This document shows positions 1 through 9,536 of a DNA stretch of 64,000 bases, in pieces. The translations under genes were made by a program, and so were the position numbers. Each line of letters begins with the position of its first letter. The stretch's first letter is position 1. The notes under the pieces are model-generated. The model saw only the letters and a program-made list of their open reading frames with translations, made no database searches and was not told the origin of the DNA. Location: NCBI GenBank assembly GCA_033763315.1, contig JANRKS010000019.1, forward strand, positions 288,001-352,000. Reading direction: 5' to 3'. This stretch comes from Deltaproteobacteria bacterium. Lineage in GTDB: Bacteria; Myxococcota_A; Polyangia; Fen-1088.

Positions 1-590
1 CGCTCCTCGATCACCACCTGGCGCTCCGTTTCAATCTGCTTTGGACGAAGCGCCAAATTGTGCATGCGATCCGCTTCAAGCGACGCAGCCAAATCCAATT
101 CCGTGGGCGGCACAACGTTGATGTAAGCGGTAAAGTCGACGTCGGTCATCGCGTTCGATGCGCCGCCAGCGGCTTCCATGCGGAGGTCAAAATCGCCGTC
201 GTTGGCGCTGGCCGTTTGCGTGAACATCAAATGCTCGAACAGGTGCGCAAGCCCCGTTTCGCCTGCAGGTTCGTTCTCATTGCGTGAGCCCACGCGGAAC
301 CATGTTGTGTAGGCCACCGCTTTCGCGTGCGCATCGGGTGCGAGGATCACTTCAAGTCCATTGGGCAGCCGCCACTTACTGAACTGTAGTTCGCCGAGCG
401 TTGCCTGATCGATGCGGGTGGGCGCTTGTGTTGACGTTGTCATGGACGTGGGGCTGTTGAGGGGACCGAGGTTGGAATGCGAGGGTGAGGGTGTGCCGCA
501 CGCCGTGAGCGAGGCGACCCCGCAGACCAAGGCTATGGCATACCACGCACAGGGCAGGAGCAGAGACACCGAGCCAATCAAAGCACGCAC
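1..590 (-). CDS. M16 family (insulinase/pitrilysin) zinc peptidase, probably a lipoprotein; 3' end runs off the window
   Basis: Not in ORF track (no stop in window). Manual translation from GTG 590 (alternative ATG 443): ...VASLTAC... (lipobox), WRLPNGLEVILAPD, WFRVGSRNE, ETGLAHLFEHLMF = inverted zinc motif HxxEH. Confidence 0.9.
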   Translation of the reverse strand, partial: MRALIGSVSLLLPCAWYAIALVCGVASLTACGTPSPSHSNLGPLNSPTSMTTSTQAPTRIDQATLGELQFSKWRLPNGLEVILAPDAHAKAVAYTTWFRVGSRNENEPAGETGLAHLFEHLMFTQTASANDGDFDLRMEAAGGASNAMTDVDFTAYINVVPPTELDLAASLEADRMHNLALRPKQIETERQVVIEE

Positions 591-592
591 GC

Positions 593-2125
593 TCAGAACC
601 GGGCGATGAGGCTCACGCTTAAGGTGTGGCTGTTGTAGCTATATCGGCCGTTGGCCGACGGACGCGCCGTACCTTGTGAGTAACCTTTGCATGCGGCGTT
701 GGCTAGATCATAGCCACTAGAGACACATGTGCTTGCGTCGTTGGGGTTGAACACGGAATTGGTGACATCGCGCTCGGGCATGTATGTGAAGGCATAGCCC
801 GCGCGAAACGAGAATGCACGCACGGTGACTTCAGCCATCGCGAACGGCGAAAACGCAAGGCCATCAACGGCGATCGGCGTGACGTAATCAAGCGGCACCG
901 CCGAGCTGGCCACGCGCAGGCCGCCACCAACGCGCGCCCGCGGCCCAAATTTTCGGATGACGTTGCCTCGCACTTCAAGGCGGTTTTGAAAGCCTCGGTC
1001 CAAAACAATGCGGCTGCGCACGCCATTCTCGCCCAAGCCGGACCCCACGGGTGCCGCAAGCGTGAGCACCATGCGGTTGTGCACTGAAAACGTCTGGTAG
1101 CGCGCCGTGCCGGTAAACGACCAACGCTCGTTCATTTGCCACGTGGCCCCGGCGATGAATGTATCGGGCAAGCGATAAGAAAGTTCGCCGTTCAAGCAGG
1201 GCGCGTTGTCCTTAGGCGGGCAGGGGGATTGCAAAGCCCCTCCCGAATCGTTGGCGATGCTGCCATCACGGATGCTCAAGCGCACGCCATCGCCATCATT
1301 GCCCAACGTGCGGCTCGTGTAGGCAATGCCCACCGACCAATCGTCTTTCTTGTAATGCAGACCTGCGCCCAACGTGTAGGCAGGGTTCGGCGCCAACGTG
1401 GAATCGCCCGCATTCAAGTTATAGCGTGTGGCGAAGGTGGGGTTCTCAGCCACGGGCATGCCCTGGTTGATGCCGCTGTCGTCGTCGAACGTGAAGTGAC
1501 CGCTGGCAAACAGGAAGCCGGGCGCGAAGCCCAAGTGGATGTATTTCCCGAAGCGAATCGCCAGCGCGGGTACCAGCGCAAAGTTGCGCAGGTCGAGATC
1601 GATGCCGTGGTAACGCGTGGGCAAGGAACCATCGGATGATGGCTCATAGCGAACGCGTTCATAGGATGGCCAGTACCCAGCCAACGCCAAGGTGAAGCGC
1701 CCCAACACATTCGCACCGACGCCTAAGAACTGCCCCGGGCCTGGTGACCACGGGCGCGAGATGAGGGTTCCCGAGCCGTTGGACTTTGGGAAGGCGGTGC
1801 CGCCGTTCGGCGCGCGCTGCACGCTGGTGATGGCCGTTCCGAACACGCCCGATGCGTGAAATTCAGTGCCGGTGAGCAACGACAAAGCGGCGGGGTTCCA
1901 GTACACGGCGGTGATGTCGCCGGTGGTGGGGCCCGCAAAGCCCACGCCTCCCACGAAGGGTTCATCGAGGGGCGTTGCCAAGACGACCCGTGCCACTCCC
2001 AACGCCACACAACACAGCAGCACGCTTGCGGAGCGTCGCGCGTTTCTTACACGCCGTTCGGGGGCAGGGTGAAGGGCCAAAGCTAACGGCACGTTAGTCG
2101 ATGCTTTGGCTCTCAGCAATTGCAT
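593..2125 (-). CDS. FadL/TodX-like outer-membrane transport beta-barrel (start codon uncertain, probably ~30 codons downstream)
   Basis: N-terminal GxxxAG...DITAVYWNPAAL (NPA hatch motif), alternating amphipathic strands, C-terminal Phe (SLIARF). Confidence 0.8.
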   Translation of the reverse strand: MQLLRAKASTNVPLALALHPAPERRVRNARRSASVLLCCVALGVARVVLATPLDEPFVGGVGFAGPTTGDITAVYWNPAALSLLTGTEFHASGVFGTAITSVQRAPNGGTAFPKSNGSGTLISRPWSPGPGQFLGVGANVLGRFTLALAGYWPSYERVRYEPSSDGSLPTRYHGIDLDLRNFALVPALAIRFGKYIHLGFAPGFLFASGHFTFDDDSGINQGMPVAENPTFATRYNLNAGDSTLAPNPAYTLGAGLHYKKDDWSVGIAYTSRTLGNDGDGVRLSIRDGSIANDSGGALQSPCPPKDNAPCLNGELSYRLPDTFIAGATWQMNERWSFTGTARYQTFSVHNRMVLTLAAPVGSGLGENGVRSRIVLDRGFQNRLEVRGNVIRKFGPRARVGGGLRVASSAVPLDYVTPIAVDGLAFSPFAMAEVTVRAFSFRAGYAFTYMPERDVTNSVFNPNDASTCVSSGYDLANAACKGYSQGTARPSANGRYSYNSHTLSVSLIARF

Positions 2126-2163
2126 TGACGGCGCCGCACCAAGAGCGCCAGTACGTGGGTGCC

Positions 2164-2193
2164 TTGACCAGGCCTTTGCTGCCTGGATAAGCT
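2164..2193 (+). promoter_or_regulatory. Candidate sigma70-type promoter
   Basis: TTGACC (2164-2169), 18 bp, TAAGCT (2188-2193), 6 nt before in-frame GTG 2200. Confidence 0.4.
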
Positions 2194-2199
2194 GCTTTG

Positions 2200-3528
2200 G
2201 TGATTACCAACCGCGCGGAAGGCAAAGTTTTTTCCATTCATGGCCGTGTGTTGGTGGCAGCCGCCCCGCTGCTGCTTGTGGCCCTGGCCAGCGTGACCCT
2301 GGGCGCCGGGTGCGAGAAGGTTTCCGTCGAGACGATTGATAAATGGAAGGGCACCGTCAAAGGCCCAGACAAACTGCAAGACGCTTTCACAGACGGTGGC
2401 CTCGATCCCGACCTCAGGGCGCGTGCGGCGATCGCGTTGCAGTCGCTCGGCCGCGGTGAGTTTGTGGCGTCGGCGCTCAAGTCCATGTCGGCGGGCGATC
2501 GCACGCCCGTGGTTTCGGCGCTTGTGCGTCTGCAGGCCGCCACAGTGAAAAATGGCGAGGGCAACGCGCAGGACGCGCGCGACGGCCTGTTTTTGGTCCG
2601 TGAATATGCGACGGGGGCTGATCGCGACACGGCTGATGAGGCTCTGATGCTGGCCATCGAGAACCAGATGACCAGCGCAGGCAAGATGGGCGGCAGCCAG
2701 AGTTTGGCCAAGATCGTCGAAGCGTTGGGACCAAAGGCTTCGCCTCTGTTGGTGAAGCTGATGGCCATGCCGAAGGCGCCGCACGCGGAGGTGGCTGAGC
2801 TGCTGGCAAAAGTAGGGGACGCGGCCGCGAAAAGCCAAGCGGGCGATGCGTATTTGCCGGTGGCGAAGAAGGCCGGCAACGCTGAGCCCGGGTCGTGGCA
2901 AGCCCTGGGCCTGCTCGCGAGCCCGGCGGTTGTGGCTTACCTCAAACACCAAGTTGACGAAGCTCCGTGGCAGCAGGGACAGCAAGCCGCACGTGCGTTA
3001 ACCTTACAGCCGCACCCCGAGTTGGGTGAATTCGCGTTGGTGCGCGCGGCCAATCCCAAGCTGCATGGAAACGTCCGCGAGGAGATGTTCACGCTCGCGG
3101 CCACGTGTTGTGGCGCTGCCACTGTGCCGGGTTTGGCGAAGTTGATGCAAACGTCGGCCGATCCGATGGTGAAATACCGGGCGTTCTCGGCCGTTTTGCA
3201 GGCGGCTGGGGCAGGTGGCGTGGACGCGGGGCTTGATGGCCTCGATAAAGTGGCTGTGAAGCCCGAGGACGCGGACGACTTTCTGGTTAAGGAAATCGCC
3301 AAGCTGGGTGCGCCAGCGCGGGAGGCATCCTTGAAGCTTCTGTCAGCGCCCGCGCCGCTAAAGCGGATGGTGGCCGTGATGTGTTTGGCGAAGGTTGGCA
3401 AGCCTGACGACGCGCAGCAATTGAAGGCTTTGGCGAACGACAAAGCCACCGTGAAAGGCTTCCCTGCCGGGCAAACCGTGGGGCGCGAGGCAGATCGTGT
3501 GGCAAGTCTCTTGGCCAAGGGGGGCTAA
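2200..3528 (+). CDS. HEAT/ARM-repeat-like alpha-helical lipoprotein, function unknown
   Basis: Hydrophobic signal with lipobox LGAGC; repeated helical units (DPDLRARAAIAL, DPMVKYRAFSAV, APLKRMVAVMCLAKVG). Confidence 0.7.
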   Translation: MITNRAEGKVFSIHGRVLVAAAPLLLVALASVTLGAGCEKVSVETIDKWKGTVKGPDKLQDAFTDGGLDPDLRARAAIALQSLGRGEFVASALKSMSAGDRTPVVSALVRLQAATVKNGEGNAQDARDGLFLVREYATGADRDTADEALMLAIENQMTSAGKMGGSQSLAKIVEALGPKASPLLVKLMAMPKAPHAEVAELLAKVGDAAAKSQAGDAYLPVAKKAGNAEPGSWQALGLLASPAVVAYLKHQVDEAPWQQGQQAARALTLQPHPELGEFALVRAANPKLHGNVREEMFTLAATCCGAATVPGLAKLMQTSADPMVKYRAFSAVLQAAGAGGVDAGLDGLDKVAVKPEDADDFLVKEIAKLGAPAREASLKLLSAPAPLKRMVAVMCLAKVGKPDDAQQLKALANDKATVKGFPAGQTVGREADRVASLLAKGG

Positions 3529-3538
3529 CTAGGCCACA

Positions 3539-4186
3539 ATGGCGCCGGCCGTTCATCTGCAGACCACGATGACCACAGATCTCAATAAGAAAACCCTTCG
3601 TCATTTTTATTGCCGAGACGCGCTTTGGCAGTGCTTCGAGCGCATGTCCGAAGACTTTGATCGTGGCATCGATGATCTGGTCAACGAGGCGATGCGGTTC
3701 TTTGCGCGCGAAAAGGGCTATTTGCCGACGGAGAACGACAAGCCCAGTTTGCCCACGCCGCCCCCGCGCTTGCCATCCGTGCCGCCGCCCCCGCCGGCCC
3801 CGCGCACAACCGTGCCTCGACCGGCCGTGGGCGTGACGCCGCCTCCGCGCGTGACGGCGTCGCCTCCCTTGCCTGCCGCCGCGCCCGCGCGTACCGATGT
3901 TCCGGCGCCACCGCTTTACCTGATGTTCGATGGGCGCAAGTACCTCATCGACAAAGACCAGTTCATCATCGGGCGTGGGGCTAAAAGCTCCGATTTGCCG
4001 ATCCGCGATGGCAATATTTCGCGTAAGCACTGCGCGGTTGTTCGGCGCAATGGGGCTTACTACATCAAGGATCTGGGCTCCACCAATGGCATCGACTTCG
4101 AGGGCAACCGTGTGGACAACCGCCGCATCGAAGAAGGTGACACGTACTACCTGTGTGACTACGAGCTGAAGTTCACGTACAAGTAG
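3539..4186 (+). CDS. FHA-domain protein with N-terminal ribbon-helix-helix-like segment and Pro-rich linker
   Basis: FHA signatures IIGRG, ISRKH, DLGSTNG; N-terminus KKTLRHFYCRDALWQCFERMSEDFDRGIDDLVNEAM. Confidence 0.85.
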   Translation: MAPAVHLQTTMTTDLNKKTLRHFYCRDALWQCFERMSEDFDRGIDDLVNEAMRFFAREKGYLPTENDKPSLPTPPPRLPSVPPPPPAPRTTVPRPAVGVTPPPRVTASPPLPAAAPARTDVPAPPLYLMFDGRKYLIDKDQFIIGRGAKSSDLPIRDGNISRKHCAVVRRNGAYYIKDLGSTNGIDFEGNRVDNRRIEEGDTYYLCDYELKFTYK

Positions 4187-4191
4187 CGGCG

Positions 4192-6846
4192 TTGCCGAAA
4201 TCGAATCGCTTCTTCGACGCCGCCTGGGCGAGCGTAAACGCACTGATTGGCTGTGTGCTGTTTGGGGTGTGGGGTGGTGCCGCCGCGGGCGTCGTGGACG
4301 CGCTGGTTTCGGCGTTGCGCTTGTGGGATCAGATTGGTGGTGTGCGCCGGGCCGAACTGTTCGCGTTGGGCGCGGCCTTGGGGGCGGGTGCCGGCGTGGC
4401 CGCCGCCTGCGTCACCGCCATGGTGGCGGCTGCCGTGACGGCGGTGGCGAGGCGTTTTCACAAAGCACACTGGGCGCCCGCTGTGTGGGCCCCGCTGTTG
4501 TTGGCACCCGTGCTGTGGTTCGCGGCCTTCGCCGCTTTTGCGGGACCGAAAGCGCGGACGATTCCGGGCCACGTGCTTTTGTCTGTGGCCCTGTTCGTGA
4601 TTGGGCTCGCTGGCTGCGGTGGCTTTGCTTTGGCGGTGACGCACATCAAACGCGGGCGGTGGCAGTGGCCTTTGCTTGCGTTGGCTTGCCTGTTTGCGCT
4701 TGGTTGGGTGAACGCGAATGTCCTGCCGCGGCTTTATCCGTGGTTTCACACAAGCCTGGCGATCTTCGCGCTGGCGCTGGGCTTACTGGCCGCGTGGTTG
4801 TGGCCGCGGCCTAAACGGGCGCGCGGGCTGGTGATCGCCACGTTGGTTGTGGTGTTGGCGCCACTGGCGGTGAGTTACCACGCGCTGACCACGAGCCGGC
4901 AGATTCGCTTTGCGTTGTTCGATAAGACAGCCGCGTTGTCTGCGTACGCGAAGGTGTTACCGCTGCCTTCGGCCAAACGCGTGGCGGTGCCGCGCGCCTC
5001 GACGCCAGAGGCGCTTGCACAAGCGCTGCCCACGGGTCCCAAGCGGCCGGGCGCCGACGTTGTGCTCATCACGATCGATGCCCTTCGTCCTGATCACGTG
5101 GGCGCCTACGGCTACAAGCGACGGACGACACCATCGCTCGATGCCCTGGCGGCGCAAAGCACGCGCTTTGAGCGGGCGTACACCCAGGCACCGCACACCT
5201 CGTTTGCGACAACGTCGATGTTGACCGGCAAGTATTACCCAACGCTTCTGCGCCTCAAGGCGGGCGAGGGGGGGGATCCGATCACCACGGTGCTGCGTCG
5301 TTATGGCTGGCGCACAGCCGCGTTTTATCCGCCAGCGGTGTTCTTTGTGGACGGCGAAAAGTTGGCGAGCTTTCGCGACAGCGCATTTGGCTTCGAATAC
5401 GTCAAGGTCGAGTTCCTCGACGCCGAAGGACGCCTTGAACAAATCAAAAGCTACTTCGACACGGTCAAGCCAGAACACGCGTTCTTATGGGTGCACTTCT
5501 TCGAGCCGCACGAGCCTTATGAACAGCACGAAGGTTTCGCCTTCGGCAGTGGCGACAAAGATCGCTACGACAGCGAGGTTGCTTACACCGATCGGGCTGT
5601 GGGCAAGTTGGTTGCGTATCTTCGCAGCACGCGTCCCAATGCCGTGGTGATCGTGTCAGCTGACCACGGTGAAGAGTTCGACGAGCATGGGGGCCGGTAC
5701 CACGGCAGTTCACTTTACGAAGAGCAAGTGCGTGTGCCTTTGCTTGTGCACGTGCCTGGGCTGCCGCCGCAGGTTGTGAACGGGCAGGCCGAGCTGCTTG
5801 ACGTGGCGCCAACGGTTCTTGGCTTGCTGGACATTCCCATTCCCGTGCGCATGAAGGGCACGGATTTAGGGCCATGGTTGGCGGGTGCCCCTGGCACGGC
5901 GTTGCCATCTGCGTTTGCCGAGGTGGAAGACAAACGCATGGTGGTGCACGACCAAAAAAAATTGATCTGTGCGCGCGAATCGACGGTGTGCCAGCTGTTT
6001 GATCTGGCGGCTGACCCCTCGGAGCGCCGCGATCTGATCGACCATCAGCCAGCGCAAGCGGAGGTGCTGCGCGCGCAGATGGAGCGGTGGCTGGACGCGC
6101 AGGGGCGCTATGAAGTGTTGCAAGCACCGGCCGCGCGGGCCGCTTTGCCCAAAGCCATCGAACGCGGGCGCCTAGGCGAAGTTGAAGCGGCGCCCGAGCT
6201 GCTGGCGCTGGCGGCAGCTGCGCCCGCCACGCCGCTTGGAGAAGAGGCAGCACAACTGCTGGCCGTGATGCCTGCCCAAGCGACTTTGGCGCCGGCCTTG
6301 GCAACGGCCGCCAAGCGGTGCAAGGAAGGCCGAACGGCGGCCTGGCTGGCCATCGCGGCGTACGCGGCGGGGGCCGATACGCAACCTGAAGTGCGAAGCC
6401 TGGTGGCGCTCACCGATGAGCCGAGCCGGGATTTGGCCTTCAATGCGGCTCTGGTTTTGGCCGAGCGTGGGGAAAAGTTGGGGGTGCCCGTTCTGACCGC
6501 TTCGCTTGCCACATGCAACGGCACGTTGCTTTGTCGCCGCACGATTGGGGCGCTCGGCAAGCTGGGCGAACGCGCCGCCGTGCCTGCGTTGCACGACACG
6601 ATGGCTGACGTTAACGCGCGCCTGGAGGTGGTGCGAGCCCTTGGGCAACTGAGGGATCCGCGGTCTTTGCCGGTGCTCACCAAAGCGTTGCGTGAAGACA
6701 AGCGTGTGCCGGTGCGCGCGGAAGCCGCCCGTGTTTTGGCGCTTTATCCACAAACGCGCGCCGTTTTGCGGCAGGCGCTGGGGGAGGAACGAGAGCCGTC
6801 GGTGCGCGAAGCGATCAAAGCGGCGATCAAAGCGCCCCGGTTGTAG
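4192..6846 (+). CDS. Multi-TM sulfatase-like hydrolase/transferase (alkaline phosphatase superfamily) with C-terminal HEAT repeats
   Basis: ~7 hydrophobic segments, then VVLITIDALRPDH, FFEPHEPY, YDSEVAYTD, SADHGEEF, HGSSLYEEQVRVP; C-terminal ALGKLG/ALGQLRD PBS-HEAT repeats. Confidence 0.85.
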   Translation: MPKSNRFFDAAWASVNALIGCVLFGVWGGAAAGVVDALVSALRLWDQIGGVRRAELFALGAALGAGAGVAAACVTAMVAAAVTAVARRFHKAHWAPAVWAPLLLAPVLWFAAFAAFAGPKARTIPGHVLLSVALFVIGLAGCGGFALAVTHIKRGRWQWPLLALACLFALGWVNANVLPRLYPWFHTSLAIFALALGLLAAWLWPRPKRARGLVIATLVVVLAPLAVSYHALTTSRQIRFALFDKTAALSAYAKVLPLPSAKRVAVPRASTPEALAQALPTGPKRPGADVVLITIDALRPDHVGAYGYKRRTTPSLDALAAQSTRFERAYTQAPHTSFATTSMLTGKYYPTLLRLKAGEGGDPITTVLRRYGWRTAAFYPPAVFFVDGEKLASFRDSAFGFEYVKVEFLDAEGRLEQIKSYFDTVKPEHAFLWVHFFEPHEPYEQHEGFAFGSGDKDRYDSEVAYTDRAVGKLVAYLRSTRPNAVVIVSADHGEEFDEHGGRYHGSSLYEEQVRVPLLVHVPGLPPQVVNGQAELLDVAPTVLGLLDIPIPVRMKGTDLGPWLAGAPGTALPSAFAEVEDKRMVVHDQKKLICARESTVCQLFDLAADPSERRDLIDHQPAQAEVLRAQMERWLDAQGRYEVLQAPAARAALPKAIERGRLGEVEAAPELLALAAAAPATPLGEEAAQLLAVMPAQATLAPALATAAKRCKEGRTAAWLAIAAYAAGADTQPEVRSLVALTDEPSRDLAFNAALVLAERGEKLGVPVLTASLATCNGTLLCRRTIGALGKLGERAAVPALHDTMADVNARLEVVRALGQLRDPRSLPVLTKALREDKRVPVRAEAARVLALYPQTRAVLRQALGEEREPSVREAIKAAIKAPRL

Positions 6847-7186
6847 CGGCCCGCAACCACTGCCAATAGTCCTGGCTGGCGGCTTCGGCGCCGAGCACAA
6901 CCACTTCGGGCACCTCGTAGGTGTGCAGCTCGTGCAGGCGCGTCACAAGCGCGGGCAGTCGGTCGCGCTGCGTTTTGATGAGGCACAACACCTCCACGTC
7001 ATGCGTCAGCTGGCCCTGCCATTCATACGTGGACGCCACACCAGGCAGGGCGTTCACGCAGGCAGCCAAGCGCTCGCGCACGAGTGTGTCTGCCAGGCTT
7101 TGCGCGGCAGCGGCCGTGGGTAGGGTGGTAAGAACGGCCACCAGATCGCCGGCGGGTACCAAGGGGGAAGCGAGGCGCGAGGGCAT
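6827..7186 (-). CDS. cutA: Divalent-cation tolerance protein CutA
   Basis: LVRERLAACVN, STYEWQG, LHTYEVPE; start set at ATG 7186 (ORF-track extension overlaps lysC). Confidence 0.92.
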   Translation of the reverse strand: MPSRLASPLVPAGDLVAVLTTLPTAAAAQSLADTLVRERLAACVNALPGVASTYEWQGQLTHDVEVLCLIKTQRDRLPALVTRLHELHTYEVPEVVVLGAEAASQDYWQWLRAATTGAL

Positions 7187-7235
7187 GGTTGTCCTTAACC
7201 GTGCAGAGTAGCAAGCGGCAACCCCCATTGGCCCG

Positions 7236-7264
7236 TTGACGTTCGCGCGCGGGCGCAGTACAAA
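7236..7264 (+). promoter_or_regulatory. Candidate sigma70-type promoter of lysC
   Basis: TTGACG (7236-7241), 17 bp, TACAAA (7259-7264). Confidence 0.4.
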
Positions 7265-7273
7265 CCGCGACCG

Positions 7274-8500
7274 GTGCTGATCGTTCAAAAATACGGCGGA
7301 ACCTCCGTAGGTTCGGTGGAGCGCATCCAAAACGTGGCCCGGCGTTGCTTGGAATCGCAACGCAAGGGGCACCGCATCGCTGTGGTGGTTTCTGCCATGT
7401 CGGGCGAGACGAACCGGCTCATCGGCCTGGCCAAGAAGATTTGCGAAGATCCCAACGAGCGCGAACTTGATGTGATCGCGTCCACCGGCGAGCAAGTGTC
7501 GGTGGGTTTGCTGGCGCTCGCCATCCAGGCCTTGGGCGGCAAAGCCAAATCGCTGTTAGGCCACCAAGTGCGTGTGCAAACAGATAGGGCATATTCGCGC
7601 GCGCGCATCCGCACGATCGACGCACAATCGATCTTGGATGCAATGGATCGCGGCGAGATCGCCGTTGTGGCGGGCTTTCAGGGCGTCGACGATCTGGGCA
7701 ACATCACAACGCTCGGTCGTGGCGGCTCGGACACTTCGGCCGTGGCTGTGGCCGCGGCTTTGAAGGCCGACGTTTGCGAGATTTACACCGACGTGGACGG
7801 CGTTTATACAGCCGACCCCAACGTGGTGACCACCGCCCGGAAGGTGGCGCGCATCAGCTACGAGGAAATGCTTGAACTGGCTTCGTTGGGCGCCAAGGTT
7901 CTGCAGATTCGCTCGGTTGAATTCGGCATGAAATACGGCGTGCCGATTCACGTTCGCTCAAGCTTCAACGACAACGAAGGAACCTGGGTCGTGCCGGAAG
8001 AAAAAGCCATGGAAAGTGTTCTTGTCTCTGGGGTAACGGCCACGAAGGACGAGGCGAAGATCACATTGGTGGGCATTGAAGATGCCACCGGGATCGCGGC
8101 CCGCGTGTTCAAGCCCTTGGCTGACGCTGGCATCGTTGTTGACGTCATCGTGCAGGCGCTTGGGTCGGACGGCAAGATCAGCCTTACGTTCACGCTTTCG
8201 AATGGTGATCTGAAGCGAGCCAAAGAGGTTCTCGTGAAGAACTGCTCGGAGCTTGTGCCGGCCGAGCGCATCTTGACGGAAAGCAACCTGTCGAAGGTTT
8301 CGATCGTCGGCGTGGGTATGCGCTCGCACGCGGGTGTGGCGCTCAAGATGTTCGAGATCTTGTCGCAGGAGAACATCCGCATTCAGTTGATCTCCACGTC
8401 CGAGATCAAGATCTCGTGTGTCGTTGACGCCAAGTACAGTGAGCTGGCGGTGCGCGTGTTGCACGACGGCTTCAACTTGGGCGGCAAAGACGCAGGCTAA
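7274..8500 (+). CDS. lysC: Aspartate kinase
   Basis: [33 protein letters not shown], two ACT domains ending STSEIKIS. Confidence 0.97.
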   Translation: MLIVQKYGGTSVGSVERIQNVARRCLESQRKGHRIAVVVSAMSGETNRLIGLAKKICEDPNERELDVIASTGEQVSVGLLALAIQALGGKAKSLLGHQVRVQTDRAYSRARIRTIDAQSILDAMDRGEIAVVAGFQGVDDLGNITTLGRGGSDTSAVAVAAALKADVCEIYTDVDGVYTADPNVVTTARKVARISYEEMLELASLGAKVLQIRSVEFGMKYGVPIHVRSSFNDNEGTWVVPEEKAMESVLVSGVTATKDEAKITLVGIEDATGIAARVFKPLADAGIVVDVIVQALGSDGKISLTFTLSNGDLKRAKEVLVKNCSELVPAERILTESNLSKVSIVGVGMRSHAGVALKMFEILSQENIRIQLISTSEIKISCVVDAKYSELAVRVLHDGFNLGGKDAG

Positions 8501-8515
8501 AGCCCCCGGCGGGCC

Positions 8516-9526
8516 TCAATAGCCGAGCTGCACTTGGCGCGGTTTGCCGTATTTATCGGGCACGAATTTCAGGCGGCTGCGTTCGCTGCCAAGTGTGATC
8601 GTGGTGGCCGCCACGGTGCCGGCCTGCACCTGCAGCGGCTGGCGCGTCACATCTGACGAGCTTTCGTGCCAAGCGATCAGCTCGTAAGCGCCCGGGGGCA
8701 CGCCGCGAATGGTGAATCGCCCGCTGCTGCCCGCTTGGGCGAACCACGGGCTATCCACCACCACCACGTAGCCCAGCATCTGTGCGTGAATGTTGCAAAG
8801 CACCTGCACGGCGCCTGCGTGTGTGAAGGTCTTGCTGTAGCTGGCGCCGTCCTTGTAGAGGCCACCGTCAAAATCATTGGGGCGGCTGAGCGAGAACACG
8901 TTGTGGAAGATGGTGTCTTCGTTGTGAAAGGCCACTTTTGAGCCCAACGTCACCGGAAGAACGTGAGGGACAAACGTTTTATCCCGTTGGGTCATCTCGC
9001 GGCCCCGCAACGGTGCGGGGCGGGGCGTGGGCCCATCTTTGCGGCGCAACCATACCACCGTGCCGCCGGGGCCTAAACTGCCACCGCCTTGCACGGTGCC
9101 TTTCACACTGCCCGCTGCAACTTCGGCAGCCGCTTCCGCTTGCGGCGCGGCCGGGGTGGCGGGCGCAACGATCGGTGCCGCCGCTTCACCTCCAGCGCGT
9201 CGTCGCGCTTCGGTGGCCAAGGGGCGCACGACGCGTGCGGTTTCAGCATCCAGGCCCGCAAGCGACAGCAGGTGTTCCCATTTTTGTGCGGCCACGCCAT
9301 AGCGGCCCGCATCCCAAGCCACCTTGCCACCCGCCAAAAGGTTAAACACAAGGTAAGCGCGTTCGGCCGCGGCTTTGACGGCGAGATCTTCCGGCGTGCG
9401 AACCGCCAGCGGCAGCGGCATCTCTTCACCGGCCCAGGGCACTTCCGCATTTTTCGGTTCCGCGCCGGCCGTGCTGCCGAGGCCCAAAGCCAAGGCCAGT
9501 GAGAAGGTTGTGAAGCGTTTGCTCAT
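8516..9526 (-). CDS. Secreted protein with helical N-terminus and cupredoxin (MauL-like) plus carboxypeptidase-regulatory-like domains
   Basis: Signal peptide MSKRFTTFSLALALGLG; MTQRDKTFVPHVL, FHNEDTIFHNVFS, VLCNIHAQM (H...C-x2-H-x2-M); GRFTIRGVPPGAYELIAWH. Confidence 0.8.
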   Translation of the reverse strand: MSKRFTTFSLALALGLGSTAGAEPKNAEVPWAGEEMPLPLAVRTPEDLAVKAAAERAYLVFNLLAGGKVAWDAGRYGVAAQKWEHLLSLAGLDAETARVVRPLATEARRRAGGEAAAPIVAPATPAAPQAEAAAEVAAGSVKGTVQGGGSLGPGGTVVWLRRKDGPTPRPAPLRGREMTQRDKTFVPHVLPVTLGSKVAFHNEDTIFHNVFSLSRPNDFDGGLYKDGASYSKTFTHAGAVQVLCNIHAQMLGYVVVVDSPWFAQAGSSGRFTIRGVPPGAYELIAWHESSSDVTRQPLQVQAGTVAATTITLGSERSRLKFVPDKYGKPRQVQLGY

Positions 9527-9536
9527 CGTCGTTTGC

